Below, in pieces: positions 1 to 9,241 of a DNA stretch of 64,000 nt; position 1 is the stretch's first letter; each line of letters opens with the position of its first letter. Location of the stretch: contig JBJMKB010000087.1 of NCBI GenBank assembly GCA_045806045.1, forward strand, positions 12,277 to 76,276. Direction: 5' to 3'. Position numbers and translations under genes: made by a program. The notes beneath the pieces are model-generated. The model was given only the letters and a program-made list of their open reading frames with translations. It searched no databases and was not told the DNA's origin. Source of the DNA: Gaiellaceae bacterium (GTDB lineage Bacteria; Actinomycetota; Thermoleophilia; Gaiellales; Gaiellaceae).

Positions 1-2
1 GA

Positions 3-137
3 CGCATGACGCTCGAGCCCCCTCCGCCGCATCCCGATCCGATGCCCGCGCCGCCGACGGAGCCCGACCCGGGCCCGCCGGCGCCGCATCCGGATCCGCT
101 CCCACAGCCGCCGGAGCCGAACCCGCCGGAGATCTAG
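3..137 (+). CDS. C-terminal fragment of a proline-rich protein (partial at window edge)
   Basis: Frame open from the window edge to TAG 135-137; translation ...PPPHPDPMPAPPTEPDPGPPAPHPDPLPQPPEPNPPEI; no other support. Confidence 0.3.
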   Translation, partial: RMTLEPPPPHPDPMPAPPTEPDPGPPAPHPDPLPQPPEPNPPEI

Positions 138-351
138 TGCCCTCGTCCCGCCGGTTCCGTTCTTAGTACCGCGTGAGAAGCCGGAAGAACAAGCCGCTCG
201 TGGGGAAGGCCGCCAACTTGCGCCGCAGTTCCGTCGCAGTCATTGCCGCTCCTTGCTCTTTGGGGGGAAGGGGAAGGGCCCCGCCGCACAGGGCCCCCGT
301 TGATCACCATGATCGATCAAGGGCCGGTTGACCAAGCCCTCGTTTGGTGGT

Positions 352-2217
352 TCACCCCGCTGCTTGACCGGCGGCTTCGCGCTCCCGCTTGCGCTTCGAG
401 GCGGCGCTGGCGCGCTTCGACGCCGACAGCTCGACCTTTCGCAGCCGCACCGACTTCGGCGTCACCTCCACGCACTCGTCGTCCGCGATGAACTCGAGCG
501 CCTGCTCGAGCGACAGCGGCCGGGGCGGAATCAGGCGGATGAGCTCGTCGGCCGAGGACGCTCGCATGTTCGTCAGCTTCTTGGGCTTCGAAGCGTTTAC
601 GTCGAGATCCTCGCGCCGCGAGTTCTCGCCGACGACCATCCCTTCGTAGAGGTCGTCGCCGGGCGCGATGAAGAGCGAACCGCGCTCCTGGAGGTTCTCG
701 ATCGCGAAGCCCGTCGCCTGGCCGCGCCGGTCGGCGACGAGGCTGCCGGTCGGTCGCGTGCGCAGCTCGCCGAACCACGGCTCCCAGCGCTCGAAGACGT
801 GGTGCATGATCCCCGATCCGCGGGTCTCCGTGAGGAACTCTGTGCGGAACCCGATCAGGCCCCGTGCCGGGACGAGGTACTCCATGCGGGCCCACCCCGT
901 GCCGTGGTTGACCATCTCCTGCATGCGCCCCTTGCGCAGCGCGAGGAGCTGCGTGACGACGCCGACGAACTCCTCCGGGACGTCGATCGCGACGCGCTCG
1001 ACAGGCTCGTGCCGCTTCCCGTCGATCTTGCGCACGAGCACCTCCGGCTTGCCGATCGTCAGCTCGAAGCCCTCGCGGCGCATGATCTCCGAGAGCACCG
1101 CGAGCTGCAGCTCGCCGCGGCCCTGCACCTCCCATGTGTCGGGCCGCGGCGTCGGGAGGACGCGCAGCGAGACATTGCCGACGAGCTCCTGGTCGAGCCG
1201 CTGCTTCACCTGGCTGGCGGTGAGCCGGTCTCCTTCCGTGCCGGCGAGTGGCGACGTATTGATCCCGATCGTGATCGAGAGGCTGGGCTCGTCGACGACG
1301 GTGACCGGCAGCGGGCGCGGGTCGTCTGGGTCGGCGATCGTCTCGCCGATCGTTACCTCCGGCAACCCGGCAAGCGCGACGATCTCACCGGGTCCCGCTT
1401 CCTCCGCGGGCACGCGGTCGAGCGCCTCGGTGACGAGCAGCTCCGTCACGCGCGCGTTCTGGATCTCGCCGTTCGCGCGGCACCACGCGATCTGCTGCCC
1501 CTTTCGGAGCGTCCCGTGCCGGACGCGCAGCAGCGCGAGTCGGCCGACGTACGGGGAGGCGTCGAGGTTCGTGACGAGCGCCTGCAGCGGGTGGTCGGGG
1601 TCGTACGTGGGCGGGGGGATCGTTTCGAGGAGCGTGTCGAAGAGCGGCGTCAGCTCGTCCGACAGCTCGTTCGGGCCGAGGCCGGCCTTTCCCTCGCGCG
1701 CAATCGTGTAAACGATCGGGAACTCGATCTGCTCCGCGCTGGCGTCGAGGTCGAGGAACAGCTCGTACACCTCGTTCACGACCTCCTCGACACGGGCGTC
1801 GGGCCTGTCGATCTTGTTCACGACGAGGACAACCGGCAGACGGGCCTCCAGCGCCTTGCGCAGCACGAAGCGCGTCTGTGGCAGCGGCCCTTCCGAAGCG
1901 TCGACGAGGAGGAGCACGCCGTCCACCATCGTGAGGCCGCGTTCGACCTCGCCGCCGAAGTCGGCATGGCCGGGGGTGTCGACGATGTTGATCTTCGTCC
2001 CCCCGAGGCGGACCGAGGTGTTCTTCGCGAGGATCGTGATGCCCTTTTCGCGCTCGAGATCGCCGGAATCCAACACACGCTCCGCGACGTCCTGGTTCTC
2101 GCGGAACGAGCCGGACTGCCAGAGCATCGCGTCGACGAGCGTCGTCTTGCCGTGGTCGACGTGGGCCACGATGGCGACGTTGCGCAGGTCGTTCCGCTGG
2201 GCGAGTGTCTTCGACAC
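352..2217 (-). CDS. typA: translational GTPase TypA/BipA
   Basis: 621 aa; G motifs [34 protein letters not shown]; EF-G-like domain order; GTG start with TACCCT box 8 nt upstream. Confidence 0.95.
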   Translation of the reverse strand: MSKTLAQRNDLRNVAIVAHVDHGKTTLVDAMLWQSGSFRENQDVAERVLDSGDLEREKGITILAKNTSVRLGGTKINIVDTPGHADFGGEVERGLTMVDGVLLLVDASEGPLPQTRFVLRKALEARLPVVLVVNKIDRPDARVEEVVNEVYELFLDLDASAEQIEFPIVYTIAREGKAGLGPNELSDELTPLFDTLLETIPPPTYDPDHPLQALVTNLDASPYVGRLALLRVRHGTLRKGQQIAWCRANGEIQNARVTELLVTEALDRVPAEEAGPGEIVALAGLPEVTIGETIADPDDPRPLPVTVVDEPSLSITIGINTSPLAGTEGDRLTASQVKQRLDQELVGNVSLRVLPTPRPDTWEVQGRGELQLAVLSEIMRREGFELTIGKPEVLVRKIDGKRHEPVERVAIDVPEEFVGVVTQLLALRKGRMQEMVNHGTGWARMEYLVPARGLIGFRTEFLTETRGSGIMHHVFERWEPWFGELRTRPTGSLVADRRGQATGFAIENLQERGSLFIAPGDDLYEGMVVGENSRREDLDVNASKPKKLTNMRASSADELIRLIPPRPLSLEQALEFIADDECVEVTPKSVRLRKVELSASKRASAASKRKREREAAGQAAG

Positions 2218-2236
2218 AGCCCGGCAGGGTAGCTGG

Positions 2237-2689
2237 CTACTTCTTGCCGAGCCCCTCGTGGACTTCTTGCGTCAGCGCGAGGATCGACTTGTTGAGGGCC
2301 TCGATGCGGTCGTTCTGCTGGATCATCAGCTGGTTCTGCTTGTCCTCGTCCCGGATCAGCTGGTACTGCTCGTTCGCGAAGACCTGCCGGCGTGCGTCGG
2401 CGCGGTTCTGGCTGATCATCACGAACGTCGAGAGGAAGATCGCCTCCAGGCTGACGATCATCGTCAGCAGTCCGAAGGGGTACTTCTCGACCGGCAGCGA
2501 GATCCAGAACGCGAACCAGACGATGTGGACGTAGACGAAGACCATCGAGCCCGCGAAGGCGGTGACGGCGTCCGCGATCCGGTTCTGGAGGCTCGCGGCG
2601 CGGCGGGCGTCGTGTTCGATCTCGGCGGGCGAGACGGGGAGCTTCCGGCTCTCGTGCTGGATCGCCTCGCGAATCCGTGTGGCGGCCAC
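2237..2689 (-). CDS. DUF1003-type membrane protein
   Basis: Two TM helices ([38 protein letters not shown]) followed by a coiled-coil tail. ORF opens at 2863, but third-position GC collapses upstream of GTG 2687-2689, so the start is placed there (uncertain). Confidence 0.6.
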   Translation of the reverse strand: MAATRIREAIQHESRKLPVSPAEIEHDARRAASLQNRIADAVTAFAGSMVFVYVHIVWFAFWISLPVEKYPFGLLTMIVSLEAIFLSTFVMISQNRADARRQVFANEQYQLIRDEDKQNQLMIQQNDRIEALNKSILALTQEVHEGLGKK

Positions 2690-2741
2690 GGCTCCCCAGT
2701 TTGCGCTAAGGGTCGGACGAGTTCGTGCCGAAAGGGTCGTT

Positions 2742-4190
2742 GTGCTGCGCAGCGGGCTGAGAGAGCGGCTTGGGCCGGTGCTCGTCGTCGGGGCGGCTGC
2801 CGCGGCCGCGCCCGCGGTCGTGCACGTGGTGGCCGGGGACGTGAAGGTGCATCTCACCGGCACGACGCACTTCTACGCGGTCGGATTCAGCGCGCTCGTC
2901 GCTGCTGCCGCCGCGGTCGGATTGACGGTGATCGGCGCCCGGCGCGCCGACACGCGCACGGTCGTCGTCGGAACGGCGTTCGCGGTCATGGCGAGCCTGC
3001 TCGCGCTTCACGGCTTCGCGACGCCCGGAGTGATCGTCGACGGGTACGGCGTCGTCGCGATCACCGGCGGCGCAACGCTGCCCGCCGGGGCCGTGATCCT
3101 CGCGCTCTCGGCCGTGCCGCTGCCGCGTGTGCTGCGGAGCGTCCGCGCGCTTCTTTTCCTGCAGGGCCTGCTGCTGGTCGTCGTGCTCGGACTCGGGATC
3201 TCGGCGCTCGTCCGGCCGAGCCTCGTTCCGGCCGTGCCGGCGCCGAACAGCACGCCGGCCGTGGTACTGCTGGCGGTCGGGCTCGCGGCGTACGGCTTGC
3301 TCGCGCTTCGCGCGCTGCGGACGTTCCTCCTCACGCAGCGCGCACTCGACCTCGTCGTCGTGATCGGGCTCGTGTGGCTCGCGACCGCGCTCGTGCCCGC
3401 CCTGACGATGGACTACACGCAGCTCGGCTGGTGGATCGGCCATGAGCTGGAGCTGGACGGGATCCTGCTCGTCGGCATCGCCGTCGCGATCGACCTAGCG
3501 CGTGCGGCCCAGTCGCGTCCGCTTGCGGGCGACCTGCGCGGCGCGGAGCTCGTCGCGTCGGAGGACACGTTCCTCGGCTCGCACGTGCGTGCTCTCACAG
3601 TGCGGCTCGCCGACAAGGACGCATACACCGAGCGCCACACACGTCGAGTCGCGTTGCGCGCCGTTCAGGTCGGCGAAGCGCTCGGATTGTCGGCCGCGCG
3701 GCTGCGAACGCTCGCGATCGGCGGTCTCGTCCACGACATCGGCAAGCTCTCCGTCCCGGATGCGATCCTCAAGAAGCCCGGAGCGCTCGACGACGACGAG
3801 TACGAGATCGTGCAGCGGCACCCTGAATGGGGGAACCGGTTGCTGCACGAGCTCGGTGGTTTCTCGCAGGCGGTGCGCCACCTGGTGCGCGACCACCACG
3901 AGCGGCTCGACGGCGCCGGCTACCCGAACGGATTGACGGCGCCGGAGATCGACCTCGACACGCGCATCCTCACCGTGTGCGACGTGTACGACGCGCTGAT
4001 CTCGAAGCGCGTCTACCGGGCAGCGTGGACGCACGAAGAGGCGATGGAGCTCCTACGCCGCGAGACGGGAACCGCGTTCGACGAGCGCTGCGTCGACGCG
4101 CTCGAGCAGCTCGTTGCGCGTGAGCGAGGCGCGGACGAGCCGGCGCGCATGCAACGCCGTGCCGCGCAGCCCGCAACGGCCCACGGGTAG
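2742..4190 (+). CDS. membrane-anchored HD-GYP domain phosphodiesterase-like protein
   Basis: C-terminal HD-GYP signature (HDIGK ... HHERLDGAGYP); multi-pass hydrophobic N-terminal half. ORF opens at 2562; start set at GTG 2742 with AAAGGG 5 nt upstream (uncertain). Confidence 0.8.
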   Translation: MLRSGLRERLGPVLVVGAAAAAAPAVVHVVAGDVKVHLTGTTHFYAVGFSALVAAAAAVGLTVIGARRADTRTVVVGTAFAVMASLLALHGFATPGVIVDGYGVVAITGGATLPAGAVILALSAVPLPRVLRSVRALLFLQGLLLVVVLGLGISALVRPSLVPAVPAPNSTPAVVLLAVGLAAYGLLALRALRTFLLTQRALDLVVVIGLVWLATALVPALTMDYTQLGWWIGHELELDGILLVGIAVAIDLARAAQSRPLAGDLRGAELVASEDTFLGSHVRALTVRLADKDAYTERHTRRVALRAVQVGEALGLSAARLRTLAIGGLVHDIGKLSVPDAILKKPGALDDDEYEIVQRHPEWGNRLLHELGGFSQAVRHLVRDHHERLDGAGYPNGLTAPEIDLDTRILTVCDVYDALISKRVYRAAWTHEEAMELLRRETGTAFDERCVDALEQLVARERGADEPARMQRRAAQPATAHG

Positions 4191-4255
4191 GGACGGGTAG
4201 CGAGGGGCGAGACCTTCGGCCGCGTGTTCGCCACGTGAACGTGGCCGAATTGGAC

Positions 4256-4285
4256 GATGTATAGTGATGTATAGCGGTGTAGAAT
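4256..4285 (+). promoter_or_regulatory. three direct repeats at 10-11 bp spacing (GATGTATAG, GATGTATAG, GTGTAGAAT) upstream of vapB; probable operator/-10 region
   Basis: Repeats at 4256-4264, 4266-4274 and 4277-4285. The last contains TAGAAT, 7 nt before the second ATG (4293) of the vapB ORF. Confidence 0.4.
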
Positions 4286-4556
4286 GGCGAGGATGATCCG
4301 CACCCAGATCCACCTCGACCGGGAGCTCGTCGATCTGGTCGACCGCGAAGCCGCCCGTTCGGGCGCGTCGCGAGCCGAAGTGATCCGGCGGACGCTTCGC
4401 GATCGGTTCGCGAAGCCCGCGGACGAGCCGTACGCCATCCGGCTCGATCGGGCGCTCGAGTCGGCGTTCGGTGCCTGGAAGGATCGGCGCTTCGAGAGCG
4501 GCGAGGAGTACATTCGCGCGCTCCGCTCAGGAGACTGGGACCTCATCGACGGGTGA
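4284..4556 (+). CDS. vapB: ribbon-helix-helix (CopG/VapB-type) antitoxin
   Basis: 90 aa; N-terminal RHH pattern IRTQIHLDRELVDLVDREAARSGASRAEVIRRTL; 4-nt GTGA overlap with the downstream PIN gene; real start may be ATG 4293. Confidence 0.8.
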   Translation: MARMIRTQIHLDRELVDLVDREAARSGASRAEVIRRTLRDRFAKPADEPYAIRLDRALESAFGAWKDRRFESGEEYIRALRSGDWDLIDG

Positions 4557-4924
4557 AGATCGGCCTCCTCGACGCCTGCATCGCGATCGACGTGCTCCGG
4601 GGGCTCGACCGAGCTGGCGGAGCGCTCAGAGGATTCGACCAGCTCGCCGCCAGCGAGGTGACGCGCTTCGAAATCCTCGCCGGCGTCAAGGCCGGGGAAG
4701 AACGCGCAACCGAGGACCTCTTCGATGTCGTGCAGTGGCTGCCCGTTGACGAAGGCGTAGCGCGCACAGCAGGATCGCTTGCGCGACGTTATCGCCCTTC
4801 GGATTCCGGAATCGACGACGCGGACTATCTCGTCGCAGCGACTGCGATCGAGTACGGCGCGAGGCTGCTGACCACGAACGTCCGCCACTTCCCGATGCTC
4901 GAAGGCCTGCGCGCGGCGTATTAG
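4553..4924 (+). CDS. vapC: PIN-domain toxin VapC
   Basis: 123 aa; PIN acidic residues (LLDACIAID ... SEVTRFEIL ... DADYLVAATAIEY ... LLTTNVRHF); coupled to vapB. Confidence 0.85.
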   Translation: MKIGLLDACIAIDVLRGLDRAGGALRGFDQLAASEVTRFEILAGVKAGEERATEDLFDVVQWLPVDEGVARTAGSLARRYRPSDSGIDDADYLVAATAIEYGARLLTTNVRHFPMLEGLRAAY

Positions 4925-5895
4925 GCCGTCGCGGCGAGCTGCCCACAGGCCGCGGCAATGTCGCGGCCCCGCGTAAGGCGTACCGTCGACGGGAGCCGCG
5001 CCTTGTCGAGCACGTGCTTGAAGCGCCCGATCGCCTCGCGCGACGAGCCGTCGTACATGCCCGTCGGGTTGTAGGGGATGAGGTTGACCTTGAACACGCG
5101 CTTGTCGAGAAGCTCGGCGAGCTCCTCGGCATGAGCCGACGAGTCGTTGACCCCCTCGAGCATCACGTACTCGACGAACACCTTGCGGCCGCGCAGCTCG
5201 AAGTAGCGCAGGCATTCCGCGAGCACGTCGTCGAGTGGATAGCGGTCGTTCACCGGCATGATCTCGCTGCGCAAGGCGTCCGTCGGCGCGTGCAGCGACA
5301 GCGCGAGGCGAATCGGCTCCTCGACCTCGTCGACGAAGCGCGTGAGCCCCGGCAGCCAGCCCACCGTCGAGATGGTCGTGCGGCGCGGCGTCACGCCGAC
5401 GTCGGGGAGCCTCCGTGCGGCCGAGATCACGTTGTCGACGTTGAGCATCGGCTCGCCCATGCCCATGAACACGACGTGGTCGATCGCCTCGACGCGCTTG
5501 AAGTGCAGGGCCTGGTCGAGGATCTCCCACGCTGTGAGGTTGCGCCGAAAGCGCATCTGCCCGGTCGCGCAGAACGTGCACGTCAGCGGGCAGCCCGACT
5601 GCGACGAGACGCACACGGATCGGCGCCCGTCCCGGAAGCGCATCAGCACCGCTTCGACCGGGTGACCCTCCTGCGTGTGGAAGAGCGCCTTCACCGTTCC
5701 GTCCGCCGAGGTCGCCTCGTGTACAAGCTCGAGCGACGAGAACGGAACGCGCTCCTCGAGGAGCGCGCGCGACCGTGCCGGCAAATTCGTCATCTCCGCA
5801 TAGGAGCTCGCGCCGCGCGCCGCCCATTCCCAGACCTGGCGCGAGCGGTACGACGGCTCGTCACCGAGGACGTCCGCGACGAGGTCGAGATCCAT
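4921..5895 (-). CDS. rlmN: 23S rRNA/tRNA adenine-C2 methyltransferase RlmN (radical SAM)
   Basis: Radical-SAM CPLTCTFCATG motif and RlmN-like sequence throughout. Start at ATG 5893-5895 (MDLDLVADVL); the ORF upstream of it is Arg-rich shadow. Start overlaps the stop of the upstream peroxiredoxin frame (TGATG). Confidence 0.9.
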   Translation of the reverse strand: MDLDLVADVLGDEPSYRSRQVWEWAARGASSYAEMTNLPARSRALLEERVPFSSLELVHEATSADGTVKALFHTQEGHPVEAVLMRFRDGRRSVCVSSQSGCPLTCTFCATGQMRFRRNLTAWEILDQALHFKRVEAIDHVVFMGMGEPMLNVDNVISAARRLPDVGVTPRRTTISTVGWLPGLTRFVDEVEEPIRLALSLHAPTDALRSEIMPVNDRYPLDDVLAECLRYFELRGRKVFVEYVMLEGVNDSSAHAEELAELLDKRVFKVNLIPYNPTGMYDGSSREAIGRFKHVLDKARLPSTVRLTRGRDIAAACGQLAATA

Positions 5896-6443
5896 CAGGC
5901 CACGGTAGCCCGCAGCCAGTCCACGACGTCCTGCGCGTTTCGGTCGGGCGGGAAGACCGGATAGAACACCTTGACGATCCGTCGCGCCTCCGAGATCAGC
6001 GCGAGCCGCTTGTAGAGCGTGTGGCCCGCGATCTCCATCAGCGGCAGGCGCAGCGCCCGATGCAGCCGAAGCTCGGCGTCGGCGATCACGGGGTACGGCA
6101 TGTGTGTGCGCTCGGCGAACTCGACCTGCTCCTCGAGGGGCTGCGCCGACAGGCCTGCGACGCGCGCGCCGAACTCGGCGAGCTCGGCGGCGTGGTCGCG
6201 AAACGCGCACGACTGCGGCGTGCAGCCGCGCGCACCGGGAAACTCGTCCCACCCCGGTGGAGACGGCACGCCGGGCTTTCCCGTGCGTGGTTACACATAG
6301 AGCACCTCGATCTGCGAGACGTCTACCGGCCCCTGCGACGACTCGAGCACGAGCTGCGGCAGCTCCATTCCCAGGAGATGGTCGGCGGCGCCGTCGTCCT
6401 CGGGCGCCGGCAGGTCCGGCGGCAGCACGTACGGGTCGTCCAC
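5895..6443 (-). pseudogene. peroxiredoxin (AhpC/TSA, Bcp-like) interrupted by an in-frame TAA
   Basis: Single frame reads MDDPYVLPPDLPAPEDDGAADHLLGMELPQLVLESSQGPVDVSQIEVLYV-TAA(6291-6293)-PRTGKPGVPSPPGWDEFPGARGCTPQSCAFRDH...; GTG start 6441-6443 with TAGGAT box 6 nt upstream. Confidence 0.8.
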
Positions 6444-6449
6444 GACCCG

Positions 6450-6455
6450 ATCCTA
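6450..6455 (-). promoter_or_regulatory. -10-like box TAGGAT, 6 nt upstream of the peroxiredoxin GTG
   Basis: Reverse complement of 6450-6455 is TAGGAT, then CGGGTC, then GTG. Confidence 0.35.
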
Positions 6456-6459
6456 CGTC

Positions 6460-6876
6460 TCAGGCGACGAGGCGCTTCACGGACGACGCGACGATCGCGA
6501 GCGTCGACGCGGGCAGGTTCCGGCCCGCCGCGAGGATCTTCACGAAGCGGCCGCCGGCGCCCTTGACGCAGCGCCAGGCGAGGTCGCCGCCGGCGCTGAA
6601 CACGCGGTTCCCGTCCACCTGGTAGCTCTTCTCGTTCCCGCTCCCGCAGCGCGACGGAGGCCCCGACAGCCACTCCGCGGTGACGGCGACGGTGTGCGCC
6701 CCGTTGGTCGATGCGTAGTGCTTGTCGTGGAGGCGGACCGTCAACTGCCTCGTCGTGCCGTTCCAGACGTACGACTGGTAGCGGTAGCCGAACGGCGCGC
6801 GCGTCGGTACGTACGCGAGCGGCCCGGCACGGTGCTCGATCACGTGCTGAATGTAGGGCGGGACAACCGGAACCAC
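6460..6876 (-). CDS. hypothetical protein (138 aa)
   Basis: High GC3, balanced amino-acid composition, sits 17 nt upstream of the peroxiredoxin frame; no family recognised. Confidence 0.55.
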   Translation of the reverse strand: MVPVVPPYIQHVIEHRAGPLAYVPTRAPFGYRYQSYVWNGTTRQLTVRLHDKHYASTNGAHTVAVTAEWLSGPPSRCGSGNEKSYQVDGNRVFSAGGDLAWRCVKGAGGRFVKILAAGRNLPASTLAIVASSVKRLVA

Positions 6877-6902
6877 GGTCGCGATTGTTCCCGTAGATTG
6901 TT

Positions 6903-7952
6903 TTGAAAGTGATCGATCTTCGTTCGGACACGCAGACGAAGCCGACCCAGGAGATGCGCGACGCGATGGCGCGCGCCGAGGTCGGCGACGAGCAGGAGCG
7001 GGAGGACCCGACGGTTCTCGAGCTCGAGCGTCGCGGTGCAGAGCTCCTTGGTCACGAGGAGGCGGTCTACCTGCCGACGGCGACGATGGGCAACCAGATC
7101 GCGCTCTCGATCCTGGGCGAACGAGGCACCGAGCTCGTCGTCGAGGAGACGGCGCACATCATGGTCGCCGAGCTGGGCGCCGCGGCAATGCACTCGGGCC
7201 TCCAGACGCGCGGCCTCCCCGGCGAGAGGGGGCGGCTGACGCTGGAGCAGCTGAGCGCGACGATGCACGCCGACGGCAGCTTCCACACGCCGCGCACCTC
7301 GCTGCTCGCGGTCGAGAACACGCACAACACGGCGGGCGGGACGGTCTGGCCGCTGAAGGATCTGACCGAGGTGACCCAGCTCGCGCACGAGCTCGGCATC
7401 CGCGCGCATCTCGACGGGGCGCGGTTGATGAACGCGGTGGTGGCGTCGGGCGTCTCCGCCGCGCAGATCGGCGCGCTCTTCGAGACAGTCACGCTCTGCC
7501 TTTCGAAGGGGCTCGGCTGCCCCCTGGGCGCCCTGATTGCCGGCTCGCACGACCTGATGGTCCGCGCGCGGATGGAGAAGCACCGGTTCGGCGGCGCAAT
7601 GCGGCAGGCGGGGATCGTCGCCGCGGCCGGGATCTACGCGCTCGACCACAACGTCGACCGGCTCGCTGACGATCACACACGCGCGCGGCGCCTCGCCGAG
7701 GGGTGGGCCGCCGCCGGCCTGGCGATCGATCTGTCGCTCGTCGAGACGAACTTCGTGCAGGTGGACGTGGGCGCGCTGGAGCTCGGCGAGTACGAAGCGC
7801 GTGAGAGGCTGGAGGCGGCCGGCGTTCGTCTCTCGCGGACGATGAAGCCGGGCATCCTGCGAGCGGTCACGCATCTCGACATCACCGACGACGATGTCGA
7901 GCAGGCGCTCGAGCTCGTGCCCGCGGCGCTCGGAGTCCGTGTCCACGCCTGA
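6903..7952 (+). CDS. ltaE: low-specificity L-threonine aldolase
   Basis: IDLRSDTQTKPT N-terminus, PLP-lysine context CLSKGLGCPLG, family-typical length. TAGATT box at 6894-6899 suggests the real start may be GTG 6909. Confidence 0.85.
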   Translation: MKVIDLRSDTQTKPTQEMRDAMARAEVGDEQEREDPTVLELERRGAELLGHEEAVYLPTATMGNQIALSILGERGTELVVEETAHIMVAELGAAAMHSGLQTRGLPGERGRLTLEQLSATMHADGSFHTPRTSLLAVENTHNTAGGTVWPLKDLTEVTQLAHELGIRAHLDGARLMNAVVASGVSAAQIGALFETVTLCLSKGLGCPLGALIAGSHDLMVRARMEKHRFGGAMRQAGIVAAAGIYALDHNVDRLADDHTRARRLAEGWAAAGLAIDLSLVETNFVQVDVGALELGEYEARERLEAAGVRLSRTMKPGILRAVTHLDITDDDVEQALELVPAALGVRVHA

Positions 7953-9225
7953 GACGGCCCCGCTCGATCGCCTGCTGCAGGAGCGGCAGGCGGACCGGCT
8001 ACCGTCGGTCGCGGCCGCCGTCGTGCGCAAGGGTGCGCAGGTGTGGGCGAACGCCGTCGGCAGCGCCGACTACGACGAGCAGCGCGATGCGACACCGGAC
8101 ACGCAGTACCGCATCGGCTCGATCACGAAGACCTTCACCGCGACCGCGATCATGCAGCTGCGCGACGCCGGCGAGCTGGACCTCGACGACCGGCTCGAGC
8201 AGCACCTGGACGGCATCGAGCAGGGGTCGCCGACGATCCGGCGCATGCTCGCCCACCTCTCCGGCCTGCAGCGCGAAGTGGGCGAGATGTTCGTGGACGG
8301 TACGACGCCGGCCGAGACCGATCTCGAGATCGCATTCGCGCTCGAGCCCGCACAGTCGCACCACTACTCGAATCTCGCGTTCGGGTTGCTCGGCCGCGTC
8401 GTCGCCGCCAAGTCCGGCGTGCCGTACTCCGACTACGTCGACGAGCGGGTCATCGCGCCGCTCGGGCTCACGCGCACGACGTGGTATCCGCAGGGACCGA
8501 AGGCGCAGGGCTACCTCGTCGACGAGTACGCGCGCACGGTCTGGAAGGAGCCGGAGACCGACCTCGGCGGAGTCGCGGCCATGGGGCAGCTCTGGTCGAC
8601 CGTTGAGGATCTCGGCCGGTGGGCGACGTTCCTCGCGCGCGGCGCCGACGGTGTGCTCGACGCCAGGACCGTCGAGGCGATGTGGTTCCCGCAGGTCATG
8701 TACTACCCGGACGACTGGTTTCTCGGCTGGGGGTTGGGGCTCGAGCTCTTCAACAGGGGCGCCGGAAGGATCTTCGGAGGCCACGGCGGCGCGATGGCGG
8801 GGCACCTCGCCGCCGTCTACGTGCACCGGAAGACGGAGATCGGGGCCGCGGCGCTCACGAACTCGGGCACGCGCGGCGAGATGGACTTGTTCGCCATCAC
8901 GCTGATCGAGAAGGCGATGGAGATCTGGCCGGACCCGGTCGAGCCCTGGCGTCCGGAGGAGGAGCCTCCGGAGGACGTGCGGCCGATGCTCGGACGCTGG
9001 TGGTCCGAAGGCACCGAGTTCGTCTTCTGGTGGGAGCACGGCGCGCTCCAGGCGAAGGTCGCGGGTCTGCCGCCCGGCCGCGGCGAGACGACCTTCGAGC
9101 GCGACGGCGGCGGCTGGCGCGCGTCGGCCGGCCGCGAACGCGGCGAGCGGCTGCGCCTCGAGGGCGAGCGGATGGTCTGGGCCGGCTACGCGTTCGCACG
9201 CGCACAGGAGCCGTTCAAGGCGTAG
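7939..9225 (+). CDS. beta-lactamase-related serine hydrolase
   Basis: SxxK motif (GSITKTF) and YSN motif (HHYSNLAF). ORF opens at 7894; GTG 7939 chosen, overlapping the ltaE end by 14 nt. Confidence 0.8.
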   Translation: MSTPETAPLDRLLQERQADRLPSVAAAVVRKGAQVWANAVGSADYDEQRDATPDTQYRIGSITKTFTATAIMQLRDAGELDLDDRLEQHLDGIEQGSPTIRRMLAHLSGLQREVGEMFVDGTTPAETDLEIAFALEPAQSHHYSNLAFGLLGRVVAAKSGVPYSDYVDERVIAPLGLTRTTWYPQGPKAQGYLVDEYARTVWKEPETDLGGVAAMGQLWSTVEDLGRWATFLARGADGVLDARTVEAMWFPQVMYYPDDWFLGWGLGLELFNRGAGRIFGGHGGAMAGHLAAVYVHRKTEIGAAALTNSGTRGEMDLFAITLIEKAMEIWPDPVEPWRPEEEPPEDVRPMLGRWWSEGTEFVFWWEHGALQAKVAGLPPGRGETTFERDGGGWRASAGRERGERLRLEGERMVWAGYAFARAQEPFKA

Positions 9226-9241
9226 ATCGCGTCACGTCGCG

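Noticed and set aside
278-300. GGGCCC ... GGGCCC hairpin downstream of typA as a terminator
   Set aside because: Only a 6-bp self-complementary stem with a 9-nt loop and no convincing T-tract; not distinguishable from chance in 70% GC DNA.
2690-2863. Long form of the DUF1003 gene starting at ATG 2861-2863
   Set aside because: The 58 upstream codons (Thr/Ser/Ala/Pro-rich) lose the third-position GC bias seen in the rest of the gene, and they would overlap the divergent HD-GYP gene. GTG 2687-2689 gives a family-typical N-terminal length. The start remains uncertain.
6086-6298. 70-aa ORF (MCNHARESPA...) spanning the site of the peroxiredoxin stop codon
   Set aside because: It is out of frame with the peroxiredoxin reading frame and Arg/Ser-rich. 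The peroxiredoxin frame explains the region on both sides of the TAA.
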